In this document: piece after piece, positions 36,420-49,530 of the stretch
Layout: the number at the start of each line of letters is the position of its first letter
Position numbering within the stretch: position 1 is the stretch's first letter
DNA from: Hemiscyllium ocellatum
Taxonomy: Eukaryota
Reading direction: 5' to 3'
Length of the DNA stretch: 64,000 nucleotides
NCBI RefSeq assembly: GCF_020745735.1
Contig: NC_083408.1
Span: 30,906,484 to 30,970,483, forward strand
Notes under the pieces: model-generated
Seen by the model: only the letters and a program-made list of their open reading frames with translations
The model's database searches: none
Told to the model about the DNA's origin: nothing
Made by a program: the position numbers and the translations under genes

Positions 36420-37362
36420 TATACTAATGACTTGGGCTAGGAACATGAATGTACTATTGCCAAGTTTGTGGATGGCAACAAAAGCAGATGGAAAGGCAAG
36501 TGGTGTGGATGACCGAGTCTACAGAGGGATATTGACGGGTTAAGTGTGTGTGCAAATATTTGGCAGATGGAATATAATGTGGGAAACTGTGAGGTTATGC
36601 ACTTTGGCAGAAAGAATAGATGAGATGAATATTATTTACATGGAAATATCTGTAGAAAGCTATGGGGCATTGGGATTTGGGAGTCCTCATGCATAACTCA
36701 CCAAAAAAAAATGTAAGATCAATAGTAATAAGAATGGCAAATGGAATGTTAGTCTTCATAGTCTTTGACATGAAGTATAAAGACAGGAAAGATTTGCTAG
36801 AACTATACAGTGAAGTACTCGGATCACAGCTGGAAAACCATGAATAGTTTTGGGCCCCTTAGCCAAGGAAAGATACGCTGCAATTGGAAGCAATTCAGAA
36901 AAGGTTCATGAGGTTGATCAAGTATGGAGGGAAGATCTGATGAAGAGAGATTGAGTAGGTTGGGTCTATACTCATTGAAGTTTAGAAAATGGGAAGTGAC
37001 CTGATTGAAGTATATGAGATTTTGAGAGGACTTGATAGGGTAGATGTGGAACAGCTTTTTCCTGTGTGGAAGAATCTAACACCCGAGGGCATGATCTCAG
37101 AATGAGGGGAGACCCATTTAAGCCAGAGATGAGGAGGAGTTTCTTCTTTTGAGGGTCGTGAATCTGTAGAATTCTTTAACGCCGAGGGTTGTGCTGGGTT
37201 GTTATGTTCAAGGCTAAGATAGACAGATTTTTAATCAGTAAAGGAATCAAGGATTATGGGGAATAGCTAGGAAAGTAGTATTGAGGATTTATCAGATCAA
37301 ACATGATCGAATTGAATGATGGAACTGAATGGTCTGCTTCTGCTCCTATATCTTCTGGTCTT
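36420..37362 (+). mobile_element. CR1 LINE RT to 3' end, decayed
   Basis: ccaagtttgtggatggcaacaaa (KF.D..K) and tggcagatggaatataatgtgggaaactgtgagg (WQMEYNVG.CEV). Confidence 0.85.
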
Positions 37363-40300
37363 AAGAGGCACTGCTCTTAGATGTTTGCAATGCCCTCATA
37401 GTACATAAGAAGTATTTAAATGTACAGTTATGTTGCCAGGTCATACAAGACTATGGATCAAATGCTAGAAATAGGATTGAAATAGTTTTTGACTGGCACA
37501 GACCAGATGGGCTGAAGGGCCTTTGTCTATGCTGTGGACCTCTGTAAGAGATCAAAAGGAAACAATAGAGAAAGCTGGACTCCTCCCTGCCCCATGTCAC
37601 CACCACCCACCGGTCTAGCAGAAAGCATCTCCAGCAGTCACGATTTACCCTTTCTGAGAGATACAAAGAAAGGGTTAAAAGCTGACTGAGTTGGGGGGAG
37701 GAAAAATAGCAGCATGAGTAGGCCATGTTACTTGAACCTACTCTACCATTCAGTATGATGATGGCTAATAATCTACGTCAGTACCTGTTCCCACTTCCCA
37801 TTTTTCCCATTGCACTTCATGAGTGCCTAATGTTAAGTTGCTAGATCTGTTCTGAAACAATTCCTATTTAGGATGGGGTGGCATTGCCTCAGTGTGAAGT
37901 CAGGACTTCACCTCCATGATAACTGTGCACATTACTAAGCATTCTAACCTTTCCTAATTTCTCAGCATTATCCTGCCCTTTTCCCTTATGTAGCTTCACC
38001 TCAAAACATTATTCACCTCAACAACTACTCCCTGTGGTAATATGTGATTACAATACACACTCTGCAACAGAGTGAGCGTTGCATGTTGGTGCACACCCAC
38101 GTTAAGAACATAGGCTCATGTTCTGACAGGCAAACTTTTGTTTGGTCTATAGACTGGATTACTATTTAATTTTATCTGGGCTTGTTTAGCAGCTTAGACT
38201 GCATATTTTCAAGTCACATGCTCTACTTTAGACACAATGGGTTAAAAGCAAGTGCTGGTTTGACAGTAAGACATGTAGATGTTTTGTTCATGCTAAAAAT
38301 TAACTCTAGGTGTAGTTTAGTTCGAATTTGCATCAACATCTGGAAAACATCTGAAACTAATAAAATTGCTGGTTAGACATCACTAGGTACATGAGAATCG
38401 AAGAGATGAATGCATGAGTGGACAAATGGTATATGAAGGAAGATGCACAAAAATTGAGAGACAGAGAACACTAGACTAAGAAATAGGAAGGTATTAGTTG
38501 GGGTTACAGTAAGACAGAATGTCGTAAGATCTAAATTAGGTTTACTGGGTACATGGGCATTAATATGACTGTGGTAAATAAATTTGGTGAGCGATAAGAG
38601 TAGATAATTATGAGATGATAATTAGGAACTGCCTCAAAATGGCTCAGGATCCTAACCATTCCTGTAAATAAGACATTCAAGGAAGCTGGGGAAATAGAAG
38701 GAAAGAGGATTGACAGAATTTATTACTTAGAATGTTACAGTGCTGGAGAAAGGATATAGTGAAGGAGCCAATGACAGAGTCTGTTTAGACGACCATCCAC
38801 TGAGAAAGATATTGGGAGATAAATTCACTAACAAATTCCTGAAAGGTGCGTTTGTTTGCAATGAGGGACTAATATAGGCTTTTGTAATATAGGCTGGGGT
38901 AGTGACAGTATAAAATGGCAGAGGGGGACGAGTTTGCTGGATTAGTGTATTTCTGGAAAAACGGGTAGGAGACCTTGCAGGACCTGGTTCTAGAGAATAC
39001 GATGGCTTGTGTGTCTGCGGAGGAATATTTTGGGATCAGTGATCAATCTACTGTTTAATTTAGCTATGGAAAGGGACAAGAATAATCAGAATAACAGTAA
39101 CAATAATTGTGGGAGGGCTAATTGCAATGGATGAAGAAGATCTGATTCAGTCAGTTGAAATTGAAGATTGGATGCAAATCTGTAATGGAAACGAGGGTCT
39201 GCTTTTAAAGACTTTGTAGCCAGAAACAGGAACATGGCATCCTGTAAATTGAGCTATTTGATACTCTTCATATTATAAATTCTGTTTGCTACATGGCTGG
39301 CATAGGTTGAGCATTCTTTGCCCAGACTTGATCTTGTGGATTGGAGTGTTATGCAAGCTGATCATGCTAGTTGAGTGAAAAAGAGAAGGAGACATGTTGG
39401 ATCCAAACCCAAAGACCTGGACAAAGAGCTGATCTTAATTTATTTTCACTCGGTTGGATCCAAGCTCCAGGAGTTCTTCGACTGCATAGTTCACTCTCCT
39501 GAAAAAATATACTTGTATATAAAAATATACTGTACTAGACTCTGATACAGGAAAATGAATTGATGCAGGAAAAACCAATGCAATGAAAATGCCGATATGA
39601 AGTGATGAAAATATAAAATTTCATGGACATGAAAGTGGGCACACTTACCAAAACACATTTCTAATGGCAAGATTTAAAAGTTAGAAACCTCAAAGTTGTG
39701 TTTGCTCCAAATTGCATTTTCCTTGACAGCCCTTGGCAAGCCAGTTGAAAAACACTGTGTGCTTGAAGAGAGAAGTTTGATAGAAGCCATTACTTGTAGT
39801 TGATGTTTGTTCAGTAAATGTACTAATATGTAACATGGTGCAGAACACACAGTGAATTGTCAGAGCTTCAAGCTTTCTTCTGTTTCTGAGCAGGTTGTTC
39901 CAGAAATTCTCTTAAATAAAATGCAGGGAATTTTTTTGCCATGATGAAAGCTCCCTCCCTCCACTGCACAGTGAGGAAGTCTGCCAAAACACCTAATGTG
40001 GTCAAACTCTTTAGAAAGACTGAAGGAGGAAAAAGGGAAATGCCAGACCCTCCCTTGGAGAGATACATATTGACAGCCTTCCAATAGTCAACAAGTCTGA
40101 TTTATAGTGCACTCGTATAACTCTGGTATGAACCCAGAATATGAGGTTTTTTTAACAGTCTGTCTGTCTTTCCCACCAATTTGGGAAGTGTTTAAATCAA
40201 GCTCCAAAAGACCATGAATGGTTAACTGTACTCTTTACAAAGTTGAAGAAATTGGCAATAAGCCTTGAGTTATGGACATGTCCCAGCCCCTAAAGCAGGC

Positions 40301-42049
40301 TTCATCAAATGGACCTTGTTTTTCTTTCTCCAGAACAATAGCTGCAATTCTTTTGACTTGACAGCACTGCATTTGACTTGAGATTGATGTGAGCCTTTGG
40401 AAAGCATTATGGTAACCTCAGTCTAATGTTGTATATGGTTCCTATACTGACTAATAATCTTGTAAGAACGTTTCCTGGCATTAACTATAATACCTGGCTT
40501 CAGATTGATATGCTTACACTATTGGAATTGTGGCACTAGTTAGGGCACTAAAGCTTCAATTGATTATCACCAGCACAAACATTACCACTGAATTACTAAA
40601 TTCTCCCTATTGACACATTTGTTGGTTTCCCTTCTTTGGTCACGGGTCGGCTTGGTTCTTGTACAACAATGGAGACTGTCAGCGTAGCAGATTCGCAAGT
40701 CAGGGTATTCTACCCTCAACAGAAAAGGGTAATTAAATGGGAAACCCAACAAATAAAAATGAATCTGAAGTCACATCTCCCTGTCAGGGTTGCAGAGTTC
40801 AGTACAATCCCAAGCTGGGGTGAAGAAATAAACAAGATGAGCAAACTTTGTTTGTTTCATCGACAATGGATGGAGATGTTGAACTCTCTTGGTAAATATC
40901 CATTCATTAATACTCTCAAGAGATGAGCTGGATCTTGTTTTGGCGTGAAGCTATACATTTGATGAATATTGAATCTTGCTGTGCCTGAGCTCAAATTGCC
41001 AGTTCTCCTCCTCCAACCTCTTTTCTATCACATGGTTTTGTTCACAGATTGATGCATCCCTTTCATAGATGAAAGTTGGGTGCAGTACAAAAATCATATT
41101 CTTTGAGAGAGTCCAAGAGTTAACACAATAGGTAAAGCCTGACCTTGTTGGATCATCTTCATTAGGTTTAATTTGAGAACCAAGATACTCTGCTTACTAC
41201 CTAAATGCCAGTTTGCCCTTTGAGCAATTGAATTGTTCAACAAGAGGCATGTAGCCATTCCTTCTAAACTGGCTAAAACAAATTCTGCACTCCTGTAGAC
41301 TCCCAAAGATCCATCAATTGGTGACCTGCATTTCCTTTGAAAGGGTAATAGTGTTTGCTTAAATTATACCCCTGTTCTGCAGCATTTCATGCTGTAAGAT
41401 CTTTGTCTTCAAGCATTTTTTGGTAATCCCCTCCCTACTTAGTGACAATTTTGAATTTGTATTATAAACTAATCCCTGAAGCAGGGAAGTGTTCCTTTGT
41501 GCTTCATCCTCCCAAAAGCTGACACCATTCTAAAATATATCTTCAAATATGTTGGATTTCTTGGGAAGGTCTCTTGGCTTCCCTTCTCCAGTAGAAATAG
41601 GCCCAGTCTCTCAAATCTTATAATTACAGTTTTCTAGCCCTGGTATCAATCTGGTGAATCTGCATTGCCCACTCTGAGTTTAACTGTCTTTCTGCTGCTC
41701 AACCTACAGTCCATATTCTGAGACTTTACAATACCTGATCACTGTCTGCTAAACTCCTTTGCTTGCATAATCAGCAGATTAAACTTTGTACTGTCAATGC
41801 TCAAGTCCAAATCATTAGCCGACCCAAAATGCATTCAATTCACTTTTTCCAATTCAAAGTGACACTGTAGCTATTCGCACACAGGTAAAACTGCACTCAT
41901 TTCTGTTTTTAGAGTGCATTTCCAAAGCTATACATCCTTTGAAGATTTCTGGGGTTCACATAGAATCATAGAGTTGTACATCACAGAAACAGACTGTTGG
42001 GTCCAACTTGACATTGCGGATCAGTTATCCCAAACCACTGTTGTGCCAC

Positions 42050-42780
42050 TTTTGGAATATTGTTTGTAATTCTGGTCTTGCTGCTACAGGAAGGATGCTG
42101 TAAAACTTGAAAGGGTTCAGAAAAGATTTACAAGGATGTTGCTAGGGTTGCAAGATTTGAGCTAAAGGGAGAGGCTGAATAGCCTGGTGCTATTTTCCCT
42201 GGAGCATCAGAGGCTGAGGGGTCGCCTTATAAAAATTTATAAAATCATGAGGGGCGTCGATAAGGTAAATAGCCAAGGTCTTTTTTCTGGGGTGGGGGGA
42301 GTCCAGAACTAGAGGGCATAGGTTTCGGGTGAGAGGGGAAAGATTTAAAAGGGACACAAGGGGTAACTTTCTCATGCAGAGAGTAGTGCGTGTATGGAAT
42401 GAGCTGCCAGAGGAAGTGGCATGGATGAGTTGGACCGAAGGGTCTGTTTCCATGCTGTACATCTCTATGGTGGAGGTTGGTACAATTACAACATTTACCC
42501 ACCCACATGCCTTTTAAATGAATAAGAAGGGTTTAGAGGGATTTGGGCCAAGTGCAAGAAAATGGGATTGGATTAATTTAGGATATCTGGTTGGAGAGGA
42601 CACGTTGGTCCAAAGGGTCTGTTTCTGTGCTGTACATCTCTATGACTATTTTCTAGCACTTGGCCCAAATCCCTCTAAACCCTTCCTATTCATATACCCA
42701 TCCAGATGCCTTTTACGTGCTGTGATTGTACACACCTTCACCACTTCCTCTGGCAGCTCATTAACCACACTCTGTGTGAA
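42050..42780 (+). mobile_element. CR1/HER1 3' end with an internal self-tail insertion and a terminal inverted copy
   Basis: RGNFLMQRVVRVWNELPEEV; tail copy at about 42419-42468; minus-strand copy at about 42650-42780. Confidence 0.88.
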
Positions 42781-42936
42781 AATGGAAGAGCCAATTTTGA
42801 AAAGTAAGATCACAAAAAATCCATTTTTCAGAAGATTGTAATATTTATAAGTTGTAGATAGAATTGAGAGATATTTGATCCTGAATGTTCTAGATCTCAC
42901 AGGCAAGATTCTTTATAGGTCTCTTCAAGGCTGAGG

Positions 42937-43450
42937 GGGAGGCAATGGCCTAGTGGTATTATCCCTAGGCTATCAATCCAGAGATCCAGGGAATGTTCTG
43001 GGTATGCACGGCAGATGGTCGAAGTTGAATTCAAAAATAACAGATCTGGAATTAGGAGTCCAGTGATGACCATGAGTCCATTTCTGATTGTTGGAAAAAC
43101 CTATCTGGTTCACTAGGGAAGGAAACTGCTATCCTTATATGGGCTGGTCTACATATGAATCCAGACCCACGGCAATGTGGTTGACTCTTAACTGCCCTGT
43201 GGGCAATTAGGGATGGACAATAAATGCTGTCTAGGTAAAAACAAGGACTGCAGATGCTGGAAACCAGAATCTAGATTAGAGTGGTGCTGGAAAAGCACAG
43301 CAGGTCAGGCAGCATCCGAGGAGCAGGAAAATCGACGTTTCGGACAAAAGCCCTTCATCAGGAATAGAGGCAGGGTGCCTGCAGAATGGAGAGATTAAAA
43401 AAAGAATGCTACCTGGCCAGTGACACCCACGTCCTGTGAACAAATAAAAA
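42937..43450 (+). mobile_element. tRNA-headed SINE interrupted by a family A element (about 43231-43400, minus strand)
   Basis: Head ggaggcaatggcctagtggta; the tail aataaatgct|...|aatgctacctggccagtgacaccca is split by the insertion. Confidence 0.75.
43330..43365 (-). ncRNA. Minimal hammerhead motif with an intact core
   Basis: Minus-strand RNA auuc-CUGAUGA-A-GGGC-UUUU-GUCC-GAAAC-GUC-gauu. Confidence 0.65.
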
Positions 43451-43656
43451 AAAATGACTTTGCAGTTCCCTTTTCCAGACATTTGGCAGTAATGGCCTTT
43501 GGAAGGGATGAAGAAAAGCAAATAGTCTGCTTCTGATGTTGCAATAAGCTAGCAGTAATATTATCTCAGCAGAACAACTGATGGAAGGAATGTGTTAAAT
43601 ACGCTTCTGAGTAGCCACCTTCAGTCTATGAGCAAGTGTAAGATAGTAGTACAATG

Positions 43657-43864
43657 CAGTAGTTCCCCCATACCCAAAGGGGATCGCGTTCCAAGACCTA
43701 CTGCGGAAGCCCAAAACCGCAGATAGGAGCGAACCCACCCATTTAAGTGGGAAACGTACCTTCCCGGCAGCCTCAGCCCCCTGGTTCTGGAATGTTCCCT
43801 GTAATTTGTTCAGGTTGCAGTAAAACTGAGGGAAAACGATTCCACGGATATGCCGGTTGCCCTG
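43657..43864. mobile_element. Tigger/MER2-like non-autonomous DNA transposon
   Basis: Starts cagtagttcccccatacc...gttccaagacc...cggaagcccaaaaccgc and ends ggatatgccggttgccctg|ta; degenerate TIRs, TA on the right flank, locally CpG-rich. Confidence 0.65.
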
Positions 43865-46800
43865 TATTATCCCCTTTAACTTGAAGAAAAAGTCCACAAT
43901 TCACGCGACATGTCATTTTATAGTCCATTCAACTTGGCTTGAGGTATGCTGTGGCACTCCCAAATAGAACCTGTTTCTTTAATTTAGTAAAAGTGTAACC
44001 CAAAACAAAAAGAAACATTTCTAACCCCATAACTTGCGTTTGAAGATTTGACACCCTCGTTCTCGAGGATCGACACTTGCATGCAACATAAGATTTTCAC
44101 AGGTAGAAATATTTATGCCCGGAACCCAGGGCATAAACAGCAATGTGGAATATTCTATCAGTCAGGCTTCAGCCTTGATGTGATCAGAAAATGACTATTA
44201 AAAGTCACTGGGTTGAAATTGTGGAACTTCCTGGTCACCTCAGTTCTAAGGGAGTACATTCACCATAGGTACATCAGTGGTTCAAGAAGGTGGCTAACCT
44301 TCATCTTCTAACGGGCAACTAGGGATGATGCTGCCCTTGCCAAAAATTCCCACATCCTATGAAGACATAAGAAAATAAACATTAAGTTTCAGGGGTTGAG
44401 TGTGGTTTGATAGCACCTCTATGTGCCATATTGGTATAATTCAGGCGACTTTAGAATTAATATCCATAACACCAAAATGGCCTCCGTGTCGGGGCAGACG
44501 TGGCCCATGACATCAGTTGGCTGTGACAGAACAGGCTGCAGGAATTGTCTGCGCGTTGATGTCATCACCAGCACATGTGCTGCTGACAAAGAGGAGAGGG
44601 AGGCAAGGCAGAAACTGGGGCCTTGGCAGGAAAGAGACAAAGGTCAGGAGCAGACGTGGGGGAAGCTGTGCCAGCTTTCATTTGTCCAATTTATGTATTA
44701 GTTTTTTATGAAAATTGTTCTTAAATCTGAAGACCTTCCTGCAGTGCTATCTTTGAGACTGGCTGCAGCTTTGCGTCCCTTACCAGTGATGTCACCTTTC
44801 TCGTCGTGTGCCCTGTTTGTGCTATTCCACTACTATGTGGGCTAGGTGTGACAAAAATGGTTAGGTCTTTGGGTGGTGGCCATCCATCAAAACATCAAAC
44901 TGATGGACATTCTGCACAAATGTCCCCTCTAAGCTGTGGAGCAATTTGAAAGTCTCCCTGCAAGCCATGTAAAAGTTGGGACCATGAAATTACCAAGTGA
45001 AATATTAAAGAGGCTAAAGCTACCCTTTTCATTCTCAGCTCCACAATTTCACACCTTGGAAATAATACACTTGCTGCTTATTCTCTGTGCTGAAATGGAC
45101 AATTTAATATTTTCCTACATTATTCTCAATTCGACAGATCTCTGCTCACTCAATTGATGTATCTATATCAATTTGAACCTTGAGCTCCTCACAACGTTTC
45201 TTCCTACCTATTTTTGTGCCATCAGTAAATATAGCAACCACACCTTCTGTCCCTTCCTCTTAGTGCTTTATATAAATTGTACATGATCCCTGTGCATTTT
45301 GTCAGCCAGAAGATTTATGATTAGACTCTGCTTCCTTTCAGCTAGCCAATCTTCTATTGATGCCAATACAATAAAATACCTTCTATACCATAACTGTTAG
45401 TTTTCCACAGTGGCCTTTGATGTGTTTCTTTATCAAATGCCTTCTGGAAATCTAAGTACAGTATATTCACTGTTCTTATTTATCCAACACACGCGTTACT
45501 TCTTCCAAAGAATTCCAGTAAATTAGTTGAATATTTCCCGGTCACAAATCTGAATTGACTCTGCCTTTTACCTTGAATTATTCTAAGTGCCCACTATAAC
45601 AGCTCCTAATATTTCCCTTATGAAAAGCTGTGGGCCTAATGATACTCTGGCAAGGATATTGAATACTTGTGCTCCAGAACTAGCCACAAGACTCGCCAAA
45701 CTATTCCAGTACTGTTATAACACTGGCATCTATCCGGTAATGTGGAAATTTCCAGGTACGATCTGTTCAGGACAAATCCAACTTGGCCAGTTACTGCTCT
45801 ATTGGTAAACTCGTAATAATCAACAAAGTAATAGGAATGGATTGTCCATGTCTCACTACCCCTTTATATGAAACTGCTATTCACTCAACTACTCCATTGT
45901 AGCAGTAAGTTCTGCATACTGACCACATACAGATAAAGAAAGTTTTCCATAATTTATTGTTGGTGACTTTTATGTTCCTAGTCCCTTGTCTGGAATATTT
46001 GAAAATATACCTTGGAGTGTATTCTTTTAAACTCTTTAACTATCTTAAAGATGTCCCCCATCTAACCACTATAGAGGTCATTCAATTTCTTTTTCCTTTG
46101 CTTCTTTTCCCATCCTCTGTTCTTGCCTTGTGCTTTTCTTTGTAATATTTACCAGTTATGATGAAGAATCTGGAGTCTTAAACTGCTAACTTGTTTGTTG
46201 CTTCTCTGTTAAGTGCTTCGATGATTTTTTGGCTTTAATTTCAGTTTTCCAAAATTCCATATTTACTTACAGAAAATTGGCTGTCTTTTCAATTTACTTG
46301 TTGCTTCCTGAAGCTAGAAAGAATACAAAATGTGGCTGTCTTCTCCAGTGTTTTCCTGGTCTGTGTGTGTAAGTTCAAGTGCATCCAAAACTTCACTGCT
46401 GCTGTTGTATTTCACACCAAATCTGGGGAAAAAACTTGGTTATTAAACATTTTCATCCATTATCTCCAAATATCTCTTCGGTTTCACCCCATCCTACCTC
46501 CACACTCTCCTCAGGCCTTGCAACTGCCTAAAATTTCAGTACTCCAGCAATTCTTCCGCATTTGTTGGATGTTCCCTCAGGTGTCAAGGCCTGAAGTTCT
46601 GGAATGTTGAAGTATCTCCTCTTCTCCCTTCTCATTTAAGATACTCCTTAAAACCCACCTTATAGACAAATCTTTGGTTACCTGTACTAATAATTCCCTT
46701 ATGTGTCATATTTTGTCTTTGGATTTTAATACTCTATTGAATGTGTTGCATAAATGCAAGTTGTTTGCAAAATTCCATTTTTAGGGCATTTCTTTAATAG

Positions 46801-47705
46801 CTGATCAGGTATTGGTTCATTTCATCTAGCTGGTTGTCAGATTGGCAAATTTATTTGGTTAGGCACAGACAGGCTGGCAGGCAGGATGTCTTTGAATCTA
46901 AATGGAAATGACCTCTACAGTATTTGTGTACCTGACACTGTTTTTGACTATCTTGTAAGCATTGAAGACTTGATGCAGATATGTGAGGTATGTTATTTTT
47001 TTCAGTTGTCCATTTGCTGGAATCTTATCAGCAACTACCTGAGATGATTTATATTTGCTGACTTTACCCTGCTGAACCTGCTACTTAATCCTCAAGGAAG
47101 GCAGAAGCAGAATGTTGTGCAGAACAAAATTCCAGTGTATTTTTATGGTAAAGGACTTAGCGTCTAGTCCAATTTTCCCCCTGTAAAGATCAGACCTTTT
47201 CATTTCCTTTACATTTGGACTGTAGACTAAAATTGATAGATACTGCTTTAAACCAAGGTGACTGTGCCAAGAGATGGGTGCAGTTTTACAAGTTATATTT
47301 GCTGGAAAACATTGAGTTGAATGCATGTTGCACTTTCCTGGAATGATGAGACCAGAAGCAGACACTATGAGTTCTGAACTAAGGGAAGGTTGCTTGACAA
47401 TGTTCGGAATCACTCCTGACCAAGTGATTATTGTGCGATTATTGCAAGTGCAGCAGAGAACCACGCAGCCTGCAAATAGCTGCTTAAAAGTCTCTCAAAA
47501 GTGGGGTAATAGGATCAAATTAAGTTGTAGAGTTATAGGTTAGTAATTCACGTTTCCTAATTTCCATTGATTAAATACAGCGTATTTGTAATAAACAGTT
47601 ATATACTTATTCAGTGCAGGAACGTTATTAGCTTGTCCATTTAATCCAAGTTTGTCATTCAGGTGAGTTGGGGATTTTGATAAATTGATTGAATCTTTTC
47701 AAATT

Positions 47706-48342
47706 TGTGACAGGGTTGTTAAGAAGGCATACAGTGTTTTGGCCTTTATTAATAGAGGGATTGAGTTCCGGAACCAGGAGGTTATGCTGCAGCTGTACAA
47801 AGCTCTGGTGCGGCCCCACACTTAAGTATTGTGTACAGTTCTGGTCACCGCATTATAAGAAGGATGTTGAAGCTTTGGAGAGTGTGCAGAGGAGATTTAC
47901 TAGGATGTTGCCTGGTATGGAGGGAATGTCTTACAAGGAAAGGCTGAGAGACTTGAGGCTGTTATCGCCAGAGAGAAGAAGGTTGAGAGGTGACTTAATA
48001 GAGACATACAAGATAATCAGAGGGTTAGATAGGGTGGACAAGGAGAGCATTTTTCCAAGCATGGGGAAGGCAAACACGAGGGGACACAGCTTTAAAGTGA
48101 GGGGAGATAGGTCTAAGACAGATGTCAGAGGTAGTTTCTTTACTCGGAGAGTAGTAAGGATATGGAATGCATTGCCTGCAATGGTAGATTCGCCAAGTTT
48201 AAGTTCATTTAAGTCTTCATTGGACAGGCATATGGATATAAATGGAATAGTGTAGATGGATGGGCTTCAGATTAGTAAGACAGGGCAACGCAACATCGAG
48301 GGCCGAAGGGCCTGTACTGCGCTGTAATGTTCTGTGTTCTAT
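47706..48342 (+). mobile_element. Young 5'-truncated CR1 LINE (ORF2 C-terminus nearly open)
   Basis: YCVQFWSPHYKKDVEALESVQRRFTRMLPGM...RRLRGDLIETYKII...TRGHSFK...FFTRRVVRIWNALP; one frameshift near 47815; tail tgttctgtgttctatg. Confidence 0.95.
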
Positions 48343-48504
48343 GCACTCTGGAAATAATGGAGCTTGATGACACCAGAGGTTTTAGTGGAGAAGGCACTGC
48401 AAGCATTTTGTTTCCTATTTTGAAAAAGGACAGTTGTTTATTAATGTAAAGCTATTGTTTGCAATTCATTGTTAATGAAGCTGCTCAGTAATTTATTGTG
48501 GGGT

Positions 48505-48705
48505 AAAATAAAATACAAATGCTGTAACTCTGAAATAAAAAAAAGCAAGTGCTGGAGAAATCCAGGTCTGGCAGGTGGCATCATTTGTGGAGAGAGACAG
48601 TTACATTTTAAGTTCAATATTTGGATCAAAACGTTAACGCTGTTTCTCTCCCCACAAATACTGCTAGACCTGAGATCACACTTCAGTGTGTCCTGGTTTT
48701 ATTAA
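48505..48705. mobile_element. Decayed family D fold-back element
   Basis: Imperfect arms caggtctggcag..atttgtggagagagacag / ctgtttctctccccacaaatactgctagacctg around a aaaacgttaac remnant. Confidence 0.6.
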
Positions 48706-49134
48706 AGTCTCATAAGGTGTTTATTCAAGATGATCACATGGTTTGTCTTATATCTGGCAAGCTGAATGTAATGACAATGATTTTTGTTTAATTCCTGCAC
48801 ACTATATCTACCCAGATACTGAATCAGTCTTTGGCGCTGTCTCCAAGGGAAGTATTCTGGATGAAAGTCTGTTTTTACCAGAGTGATGCTGCCAATCCTT
48901 TTCCTCTTTTTTATTTAACCTCATGTGGATACACAGACACCGTTTACTAGAGAGGTGGCACACAGGCTAATGTTTAGCCTTCCAAAATGTCAGATTTTAA
49001 AATTCGTTTTACCTCTTCAATGTTACTGAGTTCTTTAACAGTTTGTTTGGGTTTGTGACTTTGAGTCTCCTTTGCTTTCGCCTTTGTTGAAGTAGGGTCA
49101 TTAATTTATTGGAACCAAAATAATCCAAATCAAA

Positions 49135-49530
49135 GAAAAGGAATAGCATGCCTTTACATGGCATTTTTCAAAATCTCAGGCCAACTCGCAATGCTTTACA
49201 GCTAATGAAGGCCTTTTGAACTTTCAGGGTTGTGTAATGCAGCGCTGTACAAACAGGAATGTGATAATGTCCGCATGTTAGTTCAGTGATAACTACCTGG
49301 AGAGACCTTCCTTGATCCTTTTTGATTTGGGCCAAGGGATCTCTTTTGTCCCTTTGAGAGGGCAGAATTGGCTTCAGTTTGGACATCCTGTCCAAAGGAT
49401 AGTTCAGAACTGCTTCAAAGTTGTTGCGCCACTTGGGTGTACAGCTGGATTTTGTGCCCAAGCCTCGAATGTGACTTGAACCCATCACTTTCTCACTCAG
49501 AGGCCAGAGTGTGACCATGAGTCCCCAGCT
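49135..49530 (-). mobile_element. DeuSINE-like element
   Basis: Reverse tRNA head (cttgaaccc..tctcactcagaggc..ga..cc.cagctga), Deu-like core, and tail atgctttacagctaatgaag. Confidence 0.65.

Noticed and set aside
47689-48255. 188-aa ORF as a host or domesticated gene
   Set aside because: It is the C-terminus of CR1 ORF2 in a 5'-truncated copy with a frameshift and a normal CR1 tail.
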